From Octopus sinensis (Eukaryota), in contig NW_021833225.1 in NCBI RefSeq assembly GCF_006345805.1, positions 1-64,000 on the forward strand: DNA of 64,000 nucleotides, read 5' to 3'. This document shows, piece by piece, positions 1 through 12,432 of this stretch; positions within the stretch are counted from its first letter, which is position 1, and each line of letters begins with the position of its first letter. A model generated the notes under the pieces. That model saw only the letters and a list, made by a program, of their open reading frames with translations. It searched no databases and was not told the origin of the DNA. Both the position numbers and the translations under genes were made by a program.

Positions 1-100
1 CTAAGCCAATACCACCCCTACTATATAAGGTGGTGACCATACGGCGCAAAACATGATAGTGTGTTGTGTAGCAGGTTGAACTTAAGATCATTGCTTTGCT

Positions 101-3100
101 ATGAATTCTGCCAAATGCGAGCTTTCTTCTCAGGTACATGACGCCACTGCTCCCCGTCCCTGGGCCTCTAGGGCCCATATCTTCCACACCCTCAGCGTTG
201 GCACACTGAAAGGTAGGTCTGGTGAGATAGTCGAGATGCTTGAACGGAGATGTGTTGATGTATGTTGCATGCAAGAAATAAGGTGGAGAGGAGATTCTGC
301 TAGGTTCCTCACAGGCAAAGACACACAGGTACAAGATTCTGGGCAGGGAACACTGACGGGGGTGGTGGCGTGGGTATACTTATCGCTGAGAAATGGGTAG
401 ATAAAGTAATGGGGGTAATCAGAGTAAGTGACAGAATACTTAAGATTAGAATAGTGCTTCATCATAAATTAGCAACCATTTATATCGGCCTATGCCCCTC
501 AGCGAGGGCTACCCGATGGACAGAAAGACAGTTTCTATGACACTCTACTGCAGACACCACTCATGACGAACGACAGGGACCTTCTCTCTTTGTGGCTGGT
601 GACTTCAATGGGCATGTTGGACGACATGCTGGGGGCTTCATGGCGTACATGGAGGCTACGGTTATGGTTCCCGCAACGAGGAGGGAACCAGGCTGCTGGA
701 GTTCTGCGATGCAATAGTCTATGGTTTGTTACACTAACTTCAGGAGGAAACGACAAGCCACCTGGTCACCTACCGATCGGGCCGACATACTAGCCAAATC
801 GACTACATCCTTGCCAGGAAAAAGGGAAAGATGGCTGCTTATAAATGCCAAAACCTTCCCAGGCGAAGAATGCACCCCACAACATAGACTGGTAGTTAGT
901 GACTTTAGGATCAGGACTAAGAGGGCGACTAGAAGACGACCAACATGGAGAAGAAGGATCTGGAAGCTTAAAGACCCTGTGAATGGACAGAGATTTAGAG
1001 ATATGTTACTTGAAGCCTTTGACGAAATGGAAGGGGGTATAGCTACACATGGGGTAGAAGACAACTGGACGCTTCTGAGGGACAACCTGCTGAAAGCCAC
1101 AGACCAGATCTGTGGCTGGTGCAAAGTCCCCTCTCGACCCAAAATAACGTGGTGGTGGAACAATATTGTTGACAGGGCTATTAGACAAAAGAAACAGGCT
1201 TGGAAGGACTGGAAGAACGGTGTTAGCAGGGAAGTGTATCAGACTGCCAGAAGGAAGCTAGGAGACAGGTCTATCTAGCCAGAGGGGAAGCAGATGAGAA
1301 AAAATTTGCCAATATTCTGCGCTGTGAGGATGAAAGACTTAAGGTATTTCATGTTGCAAGACAGTGTGTGAGAGAGAATCGTGATGTGGTAGGAGAGAAA
1401 AGTGTTCGCAAGGATGACGTTTCACTTGCGCTAAATGAGGATGCAAAGAGAGAGGCTTGGAGACGCCACTATGAAAGGTTGCTGAATGAGGAAATGAATG
1501 GGATAAAGAGAGTCTGCCGAATGTCGACCCAACAGAGGGACCGCAATCGGAGTTAACAGTCCTTAGTAGTTAAGGCAATTACAAGCATGAAAACAGGGAA
1601 AGCCCCAGGCCCGTCAGGAATTACTGCAGAGATGCTCAAAATATCTGGTAGTGTCGGCTATAGCCTAGTCACCCGTATAGTTAACCAGGTGATACACGAA
1701 GGAGTCATACCCAATGACTGGTGTAGCAGCATAATAGTCAACTGCTACAAAGTTAAAGGTGCCGCCCTAGATACAAATAACTACAGGGGTATCAAGCTGC
1801 TGGATCAGGTATGAAGTTTACGGAGAGGGTTATAGCCCAATTAATTAGAGAGAGAGTTAGCTTAGATGAGATGCAGTTTGGGTTGGTGCCAGGGAAAAGT
1901 ACTACTGATGCTATATTCCTGGTTAGACAGCTGCAGGAGAAATACCTGGCCAAAGATAAGCCCCTGTACCTGGCTTTTGTTGACATGGAGAAAGCCTTTG
2001 ACAGGGTCCCTTGATCCCTTATCTGGTGGTCAATGAGGAAACTAGGGATACATGAATGGTTAGTGAGAGCTGTGCGAGCCATGTACAGAGACGCTGCTAG
2101 TAAGGTGAGGGTTGGCAACGAGTGCACTAAAGAATTCAGGGTAGAGGTTGGGGTCCACCAAGGTTCAGTCCTCAGTCTCCTCCTATTTATCATAGTCCAC
2201 CAGGCAATAACGAAGGAATTCAAGACAGGATGCCCCTGGGATCTCCTATATGCTGACAACCTTGCTCTAATTGCTGAGTCACTATCAGAACTGGAGGAGA
2301 AGTTCCAGGTGAGGAAGGAGGGTCTAGAATCGAGGGGCCTTAGAGTCAACCTAACTAAAACCAAAGTACTAATAAGTAGGAAGGTAGACAATTCACAAAT
2401 GTCTTCAGGAAGATGGCCCTGCTGGATCTGTAGAAAAGGTGTAGGTAGAAACTCTATAAGATGTACCCAGTGTAAGCTATGGACACATAAGAGGTGCAGC
2501 AATGTCAAAGGTAGGCTAACTGGGAAGATAGTTTTTGTATGTGACAGATGCTCGGGAGCATTAACCTCTGAAAATCTGCGGAAAACAACTTCCGTCACTT
2601 TCCAGGGGGAAAAACTAGAAGTAGTTGATAGCTTCCGTTATCTTGGTGACCAAGTCAGTAGTTGGGGTGGGTGTGCTAAAAGTGTAACGGCTAGAGTAAG
2701 AATAGCCTGGGCAAAGTTTAGGGAGCTCTTACCTCTGCTGGTGACTAAAGGCCTCTCGCTCAGAGTAAAAGGCAGACTGTATGATGCATGTGTACGAACA
2801 GCCATGCTACATGGCAGTGAAACATGGGCCGTGACTGCTGAGGACATGCGTATGCTCATGAGAAATGAAGCCAGTATGCTCCGATGGATGTGTAATGTCA
2901 GTGTGCATGCTCGACAGAGCGTTAGTACCCTGAGAGAAATGTTGGACTTAATGAGCATCAGTTGTGGTGTGCAAGAGAGACGATTGCGCTGGTATGGTCA
3001 TGTGGCGAGAATGGATGAAGATAGGTGTGTGAAAAAGTGCCAATCCCTAGCAGTGGAGGGAACCCGTGGAAGAGGTAGACCCAGGAAAACTTGGGACGAG

Positions 3101-3205
3101 GTGGTGAAGCACGACCTTCGAAATTTAGATCTCACTGAGGAAATGACCTGCGACCGAGACCTTTGGAAATATGCTGTGCATGAAAAGACCAGGCAGGACA
3201 AGTGA
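101..3205 (+). pseudogene. Disrupted RTE endonuclease-reverse transcriptase ORF with PHD-type zinc finger inside RT
   Basis: ORF pieces 101-400, 721-1278, 1368-1556, 1587-1814, 1811-2014, 2033-3205 are consecutive parts of one APE-RT protein broken by frameshifts and stops. Confidence 0.93.
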
Positions 3206-3429
3206 GTCCAGCCCACTTATGCATGCCTTTCCTCCCTTGGACATACAAAGACCTGTTGAGGCAAGCGAAGTCGATATCGAACCTCATCCGACGACAGGCA
3301 CCTATGCCTATCCCCCTTTGCTTGCAAAGACCTGTTGGGGCAAGTGAAATCGAAATCGAAATCGGAATCGAAATTGAACCAATCCTATGACTGGCACCTG
3401 GCAGATGCCAGGACCCCTGGACTGGAGAT

Positions 3430-3640
3430 ACGTAAAAAGCACTATCCGAATCATGGCCGATGCCAATGCCGTCTCAACTGGCTTCCGTGTTGGTGGCACG
3501 GAAAAAGCACCATCCGAATCGTGGCCGAAGCCAGTGCCGCCTCGACTGGCTTCCGTGCAGGTGGCACGTAAAATGCACCAATCCCGACCGTGGCCGATGC
3601 CAGCCTTGCCTGGCTCCAGTGCAGGTGGCACGTAAAAAGC
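3430..3640 (+). repeat. ~60-bp tandem units in RTE 3' UTR (core GTGC.GGTGGCACGTAAAAAGCACC)
   Basis: About four diverged units read directly; equivalent arrays at 7245-7518 and, reversed, in 8490-8740 and 17250-17470. Confidence 0.85.
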
Positions 3641-3814
3641 ACCCACTACACTCACGGAGTGGTTGGTGTTAGGAAGGGCATCCAGCTGTAGAAACATTGC
3701 CAGATAAGACCGGAGCCTGGGGCAGCCTTCTGGCTTCCCAGATCCCCGGTCGAACTGTCCAACCCATGCTAGCATGGAGAGCGGACGTTAAACGACGATG
3801 ATGATGATGATGAT

Positions 3815-3859
3815 ATATATATATATATATACATACATATATATATACATATATACACA

Positions 3860-3890
<31 letters not shown>

Positions 3891-3921
3891 ATATATACAT
3901 GTATATATATACATATATACA
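3815..3921. repeat. (TA)n compound microsatellite between the two RTE copies
   Basis: Direct reading. Confidence 0.95.
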
Positions 3922-6900
3922 TAACATGATTGCTTAGTGTATGCAGTTTGAACTTATCAAGATCATTGTTTGCTTATGAATTCTGCTAAATGCAAGCTCT
4001 CTTTTCAGGTACATGACGCCACTGTCCCCCGCCCTGAGGTCTCAAGGGCCCATACCTCCCACACCCTCAGAGTTCGCACTCTCAACGTTGGCACACTGAA
4101 AGGTAGGTCTGGTGAGATTGTTGAAATGCTTGAACGTAGATGTGTTGATATGTGCTGCATCCAAGAAGTAAGGTGGAGAGGAGGTTCTGCTAGGTTCCTC
4201 ACAGGCAAAGAACACAGGTACAAGATTTTCTGGGCAGGGAACACTGACGGGTTTGGGGGCGTGGGTATACTTCTAGCTGAAAAATGGGTAGATAAGGTAA
4301 TAGAGGTAATCAGAGTAAGTGACAGAATATTTAAGATTAGAATAGTGCTTCATCATGGATTAGCAACCATTATATCGGCCTATACCCCTCAGCCGGGACT
4401 ACCCGATGGACAGAAAGACAGTTCTATGACACCCTACTGCAGACTACCTCGTTGACGAACGACAGAGACCTTCTCTTTTTGACTGGTGACTTCAATGGTC
4501 ACGTTGGACGACATGCTGGGGGCTTCCATGGTGTATATGGGGGCTATGGTTATGGTTCCCGAAACGAGGAGGGAACAAGGCTACTGGAGTTCTGCGATGC
4601 AAATGATCTTATGGTTTGCAACACTAACTTCAGGATACCTACCAGCCACCTAGTCACCTACTGATCAGGCCGACATACCAGTCAAATTGACTACATCCTT
4701 ACCAGGAAAAGGGAAAGATGGCTGCTTATAAATACCAAAACCTTCCCAGGCGAAGAATGAACCCCACAACATTAAGTGGTAGTTAGTGACTTTAGGATCA
4801 GGACTAAAAGGATGACCAACATGGAGAAGAAGGATCTGGAAGCTTAAAGATCCTGCGAATGGACAGAGACTTAGGGACATATTACTTGAAGCCTTTGACA
4901 AAGTAGAAGGGGATATAGCTTCACATGGGGTAGAAGACAACCGGAGGTCTCTAAGGGACAACCTGCTGAGAGTCATGGACCAGATCTGTGGCTGGTGCAA
5001 AGTCCCCTCTCGACCCAAAATAACGTGGTGGTGGAACAATGTTGTACACAGGGCTATTAGACAAACAAAACAGGCTTGGAAGGACTGGAAAAATAGTGGT
5101 AGCAGGGAATTGTATCAGACTACCAAAAGAGAAGCTAGGAGACAGGTTTATTTAGCCAGAGGGGAAGCAGATAAGAAGAAATTTGCCAGTGTTCTGCGCC
5201 ATGAGGACAAAAGACTTCAGGTATTCCGTGTTGCAAGACAGTGTGTGAGAGAGAATTGTGATGTGGTAGGAGAGAAATGTGTTTGCATAATGATGGTTCA
5301 TTTGTGCTAAATGAGGATGCAAAGAGAGAGGTTTGGAGACGCCACTATGAAAGATTGCTGAATAAAGAAAATGAATGGGATAAAGAGAGTCTGCCGAATG
5401 TCGATCCAACAGAGGAACCAGCTATCCAAGTTGACAGTTCCTTAGTAGTTAAGGCAATTAGAAGCATGAAGACAGGGAAAGCCCCAGGCCCATCAGGAAT
5501 TACTGCAGAGATGCTTAAAATACCTGATAGTGTCGGCTATAGCCTAGTCACCCGTATAGTTAACCAGGTGATACACAAAGGAGTCATACCCAGTGACTGG
5601 TGTAGCAGCATAATAGTCAACTGCTACAAAGGTAAGGGTGACACTTTAGATACAAATAATTACAGAGGTATCAAGATGTTGGATCAGGTAATGAAGGTTA
5701 CGGAGAGGGTCATAGCCCAACTGATTAGGGAGAGAGTCAGCTTGGATCAGATGCAGTTCGGTTTCGTGCCAAGGAAAACGCACCACTGATGCCATATTTC
5801 TGGTGAGACAGCTGCAGGAGAAATACCTAGCCAAGGATAAGCCCCTGTATCTGGCTTTCGTTGGCATGGAGAAAGCCTTTGACAGGGTCCCTTGATCCCT
5901 TATCTAGTGGTCAATGAGGAAACTAGGGATAGATGAATGGTTAGTGAGAGCTGTGCAAGCCATGTACAGAGATGCTGTTAGTAAGGTGAGGGTTGGCAAC
6001 AAGTACACTAAAGAATTCAGGGTAGAGGTAGGGGTCCAGCAAGGTTCCATCCTCAGCCCCCTCCTATTTATCATAGTCCTCCAGGCAATAACGGAGGAAT
6101 TCAAGACAGGATGCCCTGGGAGCTCCTATATGCTGATGACCTTGCTCTAATTGCTGAGTCACTATCAGAATTAGAGGCAAAGTTTCAAGAATGGAGACAA
6201 GGACTAGAATCGAAGGGCATTAAAATCAACCTAGTTAAAACCAAAGTCCTAATATGTAGGAAGGCAGGCAGATCACATACACCTTCAGGTAGATGGTCCT
6301 GCTCGATCTGTAGAAAAGGCGTAGGTAGAAACTCTATAAGATGCACCAAGTGTAAGCTATGCACACATAAGAGGTGCAGCAATGTCAAAGGAAGGCTAAC
6401 TGGGAAGATAGTTTTTGTATGTGGCAGATGCTCAGGAGCAATAAACACTGAAAATATGCAGAGACCAACTTCCGCCACATTCCAGGGAGAAAAACTAGAA
6501 GTAGTTGATAGCTTCTGTTACCTAGGTGACCAAGTCAGTAGTTGGGGCGGGTGTGCTGAAAGTGTAACTGCTAGAGTAAGACTAGCCTGGGGTGAGTTCA
6601 GAGAGCTCTTACCTCTGCTGGTGACAAAAGGCCTCTCGCTCAGAATAAAAGGCAGACTGTATGATGCATGTGTATGAACAGCCATGCTACATGGCAGTGA
6701 AACTTGGGCCGTGACTGCTGAGGATATGCATAAGCCCGCAAGAAATGAAGCCAGTATGCTCTGATGGATGTGTAATGTCAGTGTTCATACTCAACAGAAT
6801 GTAAGTACCTTGAGAGAAAAGCTGGACCTAAAAAGCATCAGATGTGGTGTGCAAGAAAGACGACTGTGCTGGTATGGCCATGTGGTGAGCATGGATGTGG

Positions 6901-7684
6901 ATAGTTGTGTGAAAAAGTGTCACACCCTAGTGGTTGAGGGAACGTGTGGAAGAGGTAGACCCAGGAAAACATGGGACGATGTGGTGAAGAAGGACCTTCG
7001 AACTCTAGGTCTCACTGAGGAAATGACCAGAGACCGAGACCTTTGGAAGTATGCTGTGAGTGGGAAGACCTGGCAGGACAAGTGAGACCATAACCCGTGG
7101 CCTCTACCTGGGACGTAGCCAGCCCACTTATGCATACCTTTCCTTCTTGTGACAGAAACCCTACTCGTGAAGACTTGTTGAGGCAAGTGAAAATCGAAAT
7201 CGAAATCGTTCAACATCAATGGAAATTGTAGCTGAGATACCAGTGCCGGTGGCACGTAAGAGAACCATTCGAACGTGGCCGTTGCCAGCGACGCCCCAAC
7301 TGGCCTCCGTGCTGGTGGCATGTAAAAAGCACCATCCAATTGTGGCTGTTGCCAGCCTCGTCTGGCCCCCGTGCTGGTGGCACGTAAAAAGCACCATCCG
7401 ATTGTGGCTGTTGCCAGCCTCATCTGGACCCCGTGCTGGTGGCACGTAAAAAGCGCCATCCGATTGTGGCCGTTGCCAGCCTCGTCTGGACCCCGTGCTG
7501 GTGGCACATAAAAAGCACCCACTACACTCTCGGAGTGGCTGGCGTTAGGAAGGGCATCCAGCTGTAGAAACACTGCCAGATCAGACTGGAGCCTGGTGCA
7601 GCCCTGCCTTCCCAGACTCCGGTCGAACCGTCCAACCCGTGCTAGCGCGGAAAACGGACGTTAAACGATGATGATGATGATGAT
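3922..7684 (+). mobile_element. RTE-clade LINE, near full length, copy 2, head-to-tail with copy 1
   Basis: Same APE/RT motifs (ORFs 3970-4455, 4452-4664, 4975-5310, 5277-5789, 5914-6150, 6111-6677 with YADD, 6768-7085); roughly 85-90% similar to copy 1 by eye; (GAT)n tail. Confidence 0.95.
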
Positions 7685-7825
7685 ATCCATATATATATAT
7701 ATCCACATATATATATATCTCCACATATATATATGCATATATATATATATCCATGTATATATATGCATATATATATATATCCATGTATATATATGCATAT
7801 ATATATATATATCCATGTATATATA

Positions 7826-7864
<39 letters not shown>

Positions 7865-7919
7865 ACGTATATATATATATATCCACGTATATATATATAT
7901 ATCCACATATATTAATATA
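7685..7919. repeat. Compound (TA)n microsatellite with ATATCCA/GCAT interruptions
   Basis: Direct reading. Confidence 0.95.
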
Positions 7920-8303
7920 CTAGCAGTTATCACCCGGCGTTGCTCGGGTTTGTAAGGGAAATAACTATAAAGCATTTTTAGAGAGTTATAGCCAAAAAAT
8001 AGCAAAAGAATGGGAAAAAAATGATGGTAAATTTTTTTTGAGAGTTAAAAGGTCGAGTTGCGTCCCCTAGACAGTCTGTGGTTTGTGTTTCTGATTCTCG
8101 ACCCCATGTCGAATTTATCGATTTTTTTCAGAACTGGAGGAACTTTTCAAAATTTTCGCTGCGTTAGTTTTGAATTATGACATTGGGCTATGTGTGTATC
8201 AAGTTTCATCAGAATCGGTTGAAAGCCGTGGTCAGGGTGAGGGTACAACCTAACAGACACACAGACACACACACAGACAAACTGCCGTTTATATATAGAG
8301 AGA
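7920..8303 (-). mobile_element. Non-autonomous Helitron (384 bp)
   Basis: On minus: 5' TCTCTCTATATATAAACGGC, 3' hairpin CCCGAGCAACGCCGGG then CTAG; inserted between A and T with no TSD; close reverse-complement match to 31388-31748. Confidence 0.9.
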
Positions 8304-8313
8304 TATCCACACA

Positions 8314-8745
8314 CATCATCATCATCATCATCATCATCATCGTTTAACGTCCGCTTTCCATGCTAGCATGGGTTGGACGGTTCAACTGGGGTCTCGGGAG
8401 TCCCAAGGCTGCACCAGGCCAGTCAGATCTGGCAATGTTTCTACAGCTGGATGCCCTTCCTAACGCCAACCACTCCGAGAGTGTAGTGGGTGATTTTATG
8501 TGCCACCGACACAGGTGCCAGACGAGGCTGGCAAACGGCCACGCTCGGATGGTGTTTTTTATGTGCCACCGACACAGGTGCCAGACGAGGCTGGCAGACG
8601 GTCACGCTCGGATGGTGTTTTTTATGTGCCACCGACACAGGTGCTAGACGAGGCTCGCGAACGGCCACGATCGGATGTTGTTTGTTACGTGCCCACAGCA
8701 CGGAGGCCAGTCGATGCGGTACTGGCTACGGCCACGTTCGGAATA
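8314..8745 (-). mobile_element. 5'-truncated RTE 3' UTR / RTE-tail SINE
   Basis: (CAT)n-CGTTTAACGTCCGCTTTCCATGCTAGC is the reverse complement of the RTE tail; carries the UTR repeat units. Confidence 0.88.
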
Positions 8746-8815
8746 CATATATATTCTCCATAAATATATATATATATATCCATATCCATATATATATCCA
8801 TATATATATATATAG

Positions 8816-8875
<60 letters not shown>

Positions 8876-8929
8876 ATATATATATATATCCAATATATAT
8901 ATATCCATATATATATACATATATATAAT

Positions 8930-10110
8930 TGGCAAAGTTGGAATCCGTGGAAAAGTTCTACACTGGATTAAGTATTTCCTGGCGAATAGAACACAACATG
9001 TTGTAGTTGATGGAGTCCACTCAAGCCCAGTAAAAGTCACCAGTGGTGTTCCCCAAGGGACTGTCTTGGGCCCGCTACTCTTTATAATTTACATAAACGA
9101 CCTTTCCAGTGTCGTACATTACTGTAAAGTGAAAATATTTGCTGATGACACTAAGCTCCAGCAAATCGTCAATGAAGAAGCAGACCGAACTCAACTCCAG
9201 TCTGATCTATATGCTGTGAGTCAATGGGCAGACAGAAACAAAATGCAACTGAACGAGGGAAAATTTGAGCTGATGCATTTTGGAAGAAATTCCTCACTAA
9301 AACAGCCATACTCTCTTCCTTCAGGGGAACTGCTCACAGCCTCTAACAATATCAGAGACCTGGGTGTAATTGTTGTTGCCGATCTCAGTTGGAGTGCACA
9401 CATCAACAATAAGGTCGATATAGCTCATAGGATGAGTTCCTGGATCTTAAGAACTTTCCGGTCCAGAGAACAAGGTGTCATCATACCACTTTTCTCCTCC
9501 TTTGTACGGCCACACCTCGAATACTGCTGCCCACTGTGGTCTCCCCATACAAGACGAAACATCTCAAGGATTGAATCACCCCAGAGGGCACTCACTAAAC
9601 GAATTGAAGGCATGGCAGCTCTCGATTATTGGGATCGCCTTAAAGCCTTGAAACTCTACTCTCTCCAGCGTCGCCGTGAGCGGTACATCATTTGTACGAC
9701 GTGGAGAATATACCGCCAACTTTGCCCAAACGACCTGAACATTAGCTTCAAGGTTCATCCAAGACTGGGACCACGGGCCATACGTCCCCTGCCCAATTCA
9801 AGATCACAGCATACATGTACACTGCAACATAATTTCTTTTCCTCAACAGGCCCTGCTCTATTTAACATTGTCCCGAAAGAGATCAAAGAGGAAAAGGATC
9901 CCATCAACTTTAAACGGAGTCTGGATAGATTCCTTCAAGGAGTACCAGATAAGCCACCCATAATTAGATACAACTCACCCAACAAAAACTCACTACTTGA
10001 ATGGACCATAAACAAAACTTGACTTAAACAGGATTCAGATAATCCTATCAGGTGGTGCTATTAAGTTAGACATGGCCTGGACCAATCTTTGGTCGAAACA
10101 TATCTAAGTT
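8930..10110 (+). mobile_element. CR1-group LINE, 5'-truncated (RT C-terminal half + 3' UTR)
   Basis: SGVPQGTVLGPLLFIIYINDL, FADDTK, RDLGV, VRPHLEYCCPLWSP, RRRERY within ORF 8490-10022 (the ORF's first ~145 aa are UTR and microsatellite read-through); 3' stem-loop GACCAA/TTGGTC. Confidence 0.92.
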
Positions 10111-10145
10111 TTTATATATATATATATATATATATCCATATATAT

Positions 10146-10320
10146 ATAGGGAGGGTTTACGAAAAAAACAAAAGACAAAGACAGGTGGTGTACAAAACAA
10201 ACAGATGTATTAGTACAACGCTCAGGAACAGAAAAAGTCTTTTACGTTTCAAGCCTACGCTCTTCTACAGAAAGGGACACAGAAAAAACAAGGAGAGAAA
10301 AAAATGTGTGTAGTGGCTTT
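10146..10320 (-). mobile_element. Short Penelope pLTR-like repeat carrying a hammerhead-like motif
   Basis: Minus strand CTTT-CTGTAGA-AGAGC-GTAG-GCTT-GAAA-CGTA-AAAG at 10239-10274; flanked by (TA)n. PLE assignment is inferred from the motif. Confidence 0.5.
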
Positions 10321-10427
10321 GTGGGTAAGCAGAGGGTGGGTGCAGAGGTGGGGAAGGGGTGTGGGATAGCATGGGGGGATGGGAAGGATATATATATATT
10401 TATATATATATATATCCATATATATAT

Positions 10428-10530
10428 TCGTTTAACGTCCGCTTTCCATGCTAGCATGGGTTGGACGATTTTGACTCAGGGCTGGCAAACCAGATGGTCA
10501 TGATCACACTCGAATGGTGCCCTTTCACGT
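10428..10530 (-). mobile_element. Very short RTE 3' tail fragment
   Basis: CGTTTAACGTCCGCTTTCCATGCTAGCATGGGTTGGACG matches the reverse complement of the RTE tail. Confidence 0.8.
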
Positions 10531-10556
10531 ATATATATATATATATATATATAACA

Positions 10557-10870
10557 CTAGAAGAGTTACTCGGTGCTGCCTGAGTTACACACAATTGAAG
10601 AATTAGACTTTTCTGTTATATTTTCTGTAATGAACTGGAATACCTATGTTTCGAATTTCATCAAAATTGCTGAAGAGGGTTATTTCCCTCTTTACACACC
10701 CAAACAAAATTGTAATTATGCCACATGTATCCCATACTACTGATTTTTATGAGCATATTCCAAAATTCCAGTCTTATTGTTTGAATTTCCTTAAAATAGG
10801 AAATATATGTTCACTGGGTTTGTAAAAGAGAGCAAAGCTACAGGAAACTAAAAGACAAATGATTACAATA
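10557..10870 (-). mobile_element. Older Helitron 3' end remnant
   Basis: CTAG at 10557-10560 next to hairpin ACTCGGTGCTGCCTGAGT; the other boundary is uncertain. Confidence 0.45.
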
Positions 10871-11169
10871 AGTAGTCAGCTACCCTACCCTAGTCATTAC
10901 CACTCCCAATGTAGGATTCCTCACCATCCAGGTGACAGGCACAGCCATAAGATGCATTACAAATCTATAGCAATTGGAAGGGTGTGACCCAACTGAAATA
11001 AACATCAACAACTGTGTGACGTGAGGGCTAAGGAGAAATGAAAGTGTCACCTCTGGAGTTTGCAAATGACCACTATACTGATACGTAACTGGACAGAATA
11101 AATATACAATCTATAAATGTCTTCGAATAACCAATCACTCATCTAGGAAGGCCTTGAAATCAATGTTAC

Positions 11170-12358
11170 TATCTAAGGACTATGTGTGAGAAGGATCGCT
11201 GGAAATCCATCAGGTCCAGCAGCTGAATTTGTGTCAATCTCATCTATGGCAAGTGCGATATCATCATCTTCAATGTTGATGTACTCAATTTTTGCCTCTT
11301 GGCCGCAGGTAAAGTGGCAAGGAATTTCTGGGTGGTTTACTTGCCTGTGTCCTAGAGGGTAGTGAACACACTTTGGAACTGTTCGTTCAGTAGTATTTCT
11401 TATCCTCATGGGATTTCCGTGAGGGAGCCATCTGTTGGAGAGAGGTCCTAGTCTCTGTTGCACTGTAGCTGTCTCGTTGGCAAACTTAAAGAAAGCTTTA
11501 GGGTTTGACTTTATATTTTCTATTACCCAAGCTTCTTTATCTGCTCTCTCCTTTTCATGAGACTGATGCAGACTTTTCTCAATTTCCATTAGCATTCTCT
11601 CGCGCCGAGACTTCTCTCCACTTTTGATGTGCTTGCTCAGGCAGTTCGTAATCCTTGTCCTTCGTCTCAAAAGAATCTTCCTTTCTCTAGGGATCCTGTT
11701 TTTGTTTTTGTGTGTGCTGGCCCCGCACACTGGGACATATTTGTCATATATGGCTTGTATTATGGACATGAAGCGTTTGTGTTTCATGTCAATGTCTGGT
11801 GTGGAGAGACATTTAGGCCAATCCTGCTTGAGGATCTGTTTCTCGACCAACTTCCAATTTGCTTTATGAAAGTTTAAGTTGGAGAGATTGTAGATACTTC
11901 GTATAGGCTGAGTGTCTGCGGGGACTTTTGGTCCATACATAGCTCTATTATGTTGTGATCCGAGATCATCGTTGGCATCACTTTAACATTATGGATAATA
12001 TCCATATTGTTTGTGAAGCAGAGATCCAGTATATTATCTGCCCTTGTTGGTTGCAGCAATATTTGCTCCATGAAAGAGGCATTTGTGAGATGGAGCAGGG
12101 ACTCTGCCTGTGCCTGCTGATGGTGTGTCATCCCTGGGAGCATCTGGCCCCCAGGCCATTCCACATTGGGGGAGTTAAAGTCACCCATGAAGAATACACT
12201 GTTGTGTTGTTCCAAGTTGGTGAGAACTTCTATTTTTGTTAAGCAGTCTCCAAACATGCCTATGTGATTTGGAGCATCCAGTGGGCGCTATGTAGTACAT
12301 ATGATGATATTCAGTTGTCTTATGTGTACAATTTGAGTGTCACACACTGAGTTTGAAT
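11170..12358 (-). mobile_element. CR1-group LINE fragment (APE C-terminus + linker up to RT GPDG motif)
   Basis: MGDFNSPNVEW, QPTRADNILDLCFTN, ISDHNII (ORF 11874-12257); NPKAFFKF, SAAGPDGFPAILL (ORF 11173-11940). Confidence 0.9.
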
Positions 12359-12395
12359 ATATATATATATATCCAAATATGTATATATATATATA

Positions 12396-12432
<37 letters not shown>

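Larger units (their letters stand above)
52..3814 (+). mobile_element. RTE-clade LINE, near full length, copy 1 (APE + RT + 3' UTR with (GAT)n tail)
   Basis: APE motifs VGTLKGRSGEIVEMLERR, GDFNG-like and TPQHRLVV; RT motifs KAPGPSG, NYRGIKLL, QFG, DMEKAFDRVP, GVHQGSVLS, YADN, FRYLG; ORF ends KTRQDK* at 3205; UTR ends ACGTTAAACGACGATGATGAT. The 5' end may extend beyond the window. Confidence 0.95.

Noticed and set aside
1792-2598. Long antisense ORFs over the RTE and LTR ORFs (also 14529-15176, 15195-15935)
   Set aside because: Shadow frames of the sense coding sequence with no independent motif.
3430-3640. CRISPR-like array (palindromic ~25-nt core every ~60 bp; also 7245-7518)
   Set aside because: The intervening segments resemble each other, the array lies in a LINE 3' UTR, and there are no cas genes; it is a tandem repeat.
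8490-8929. N-terminal part of the 510-aa ORF as a novel fusion protein
   Set aside because: Chance read-through of an antisense RTE UTR and a microsatellite into the CR1 RT frame.
10070-10100. GACCAA-hairpin-GAAAC as a ribozyme
   Set aside because: Lacks CUGANGA; better explained as the CR1-type 3' stem-loop.
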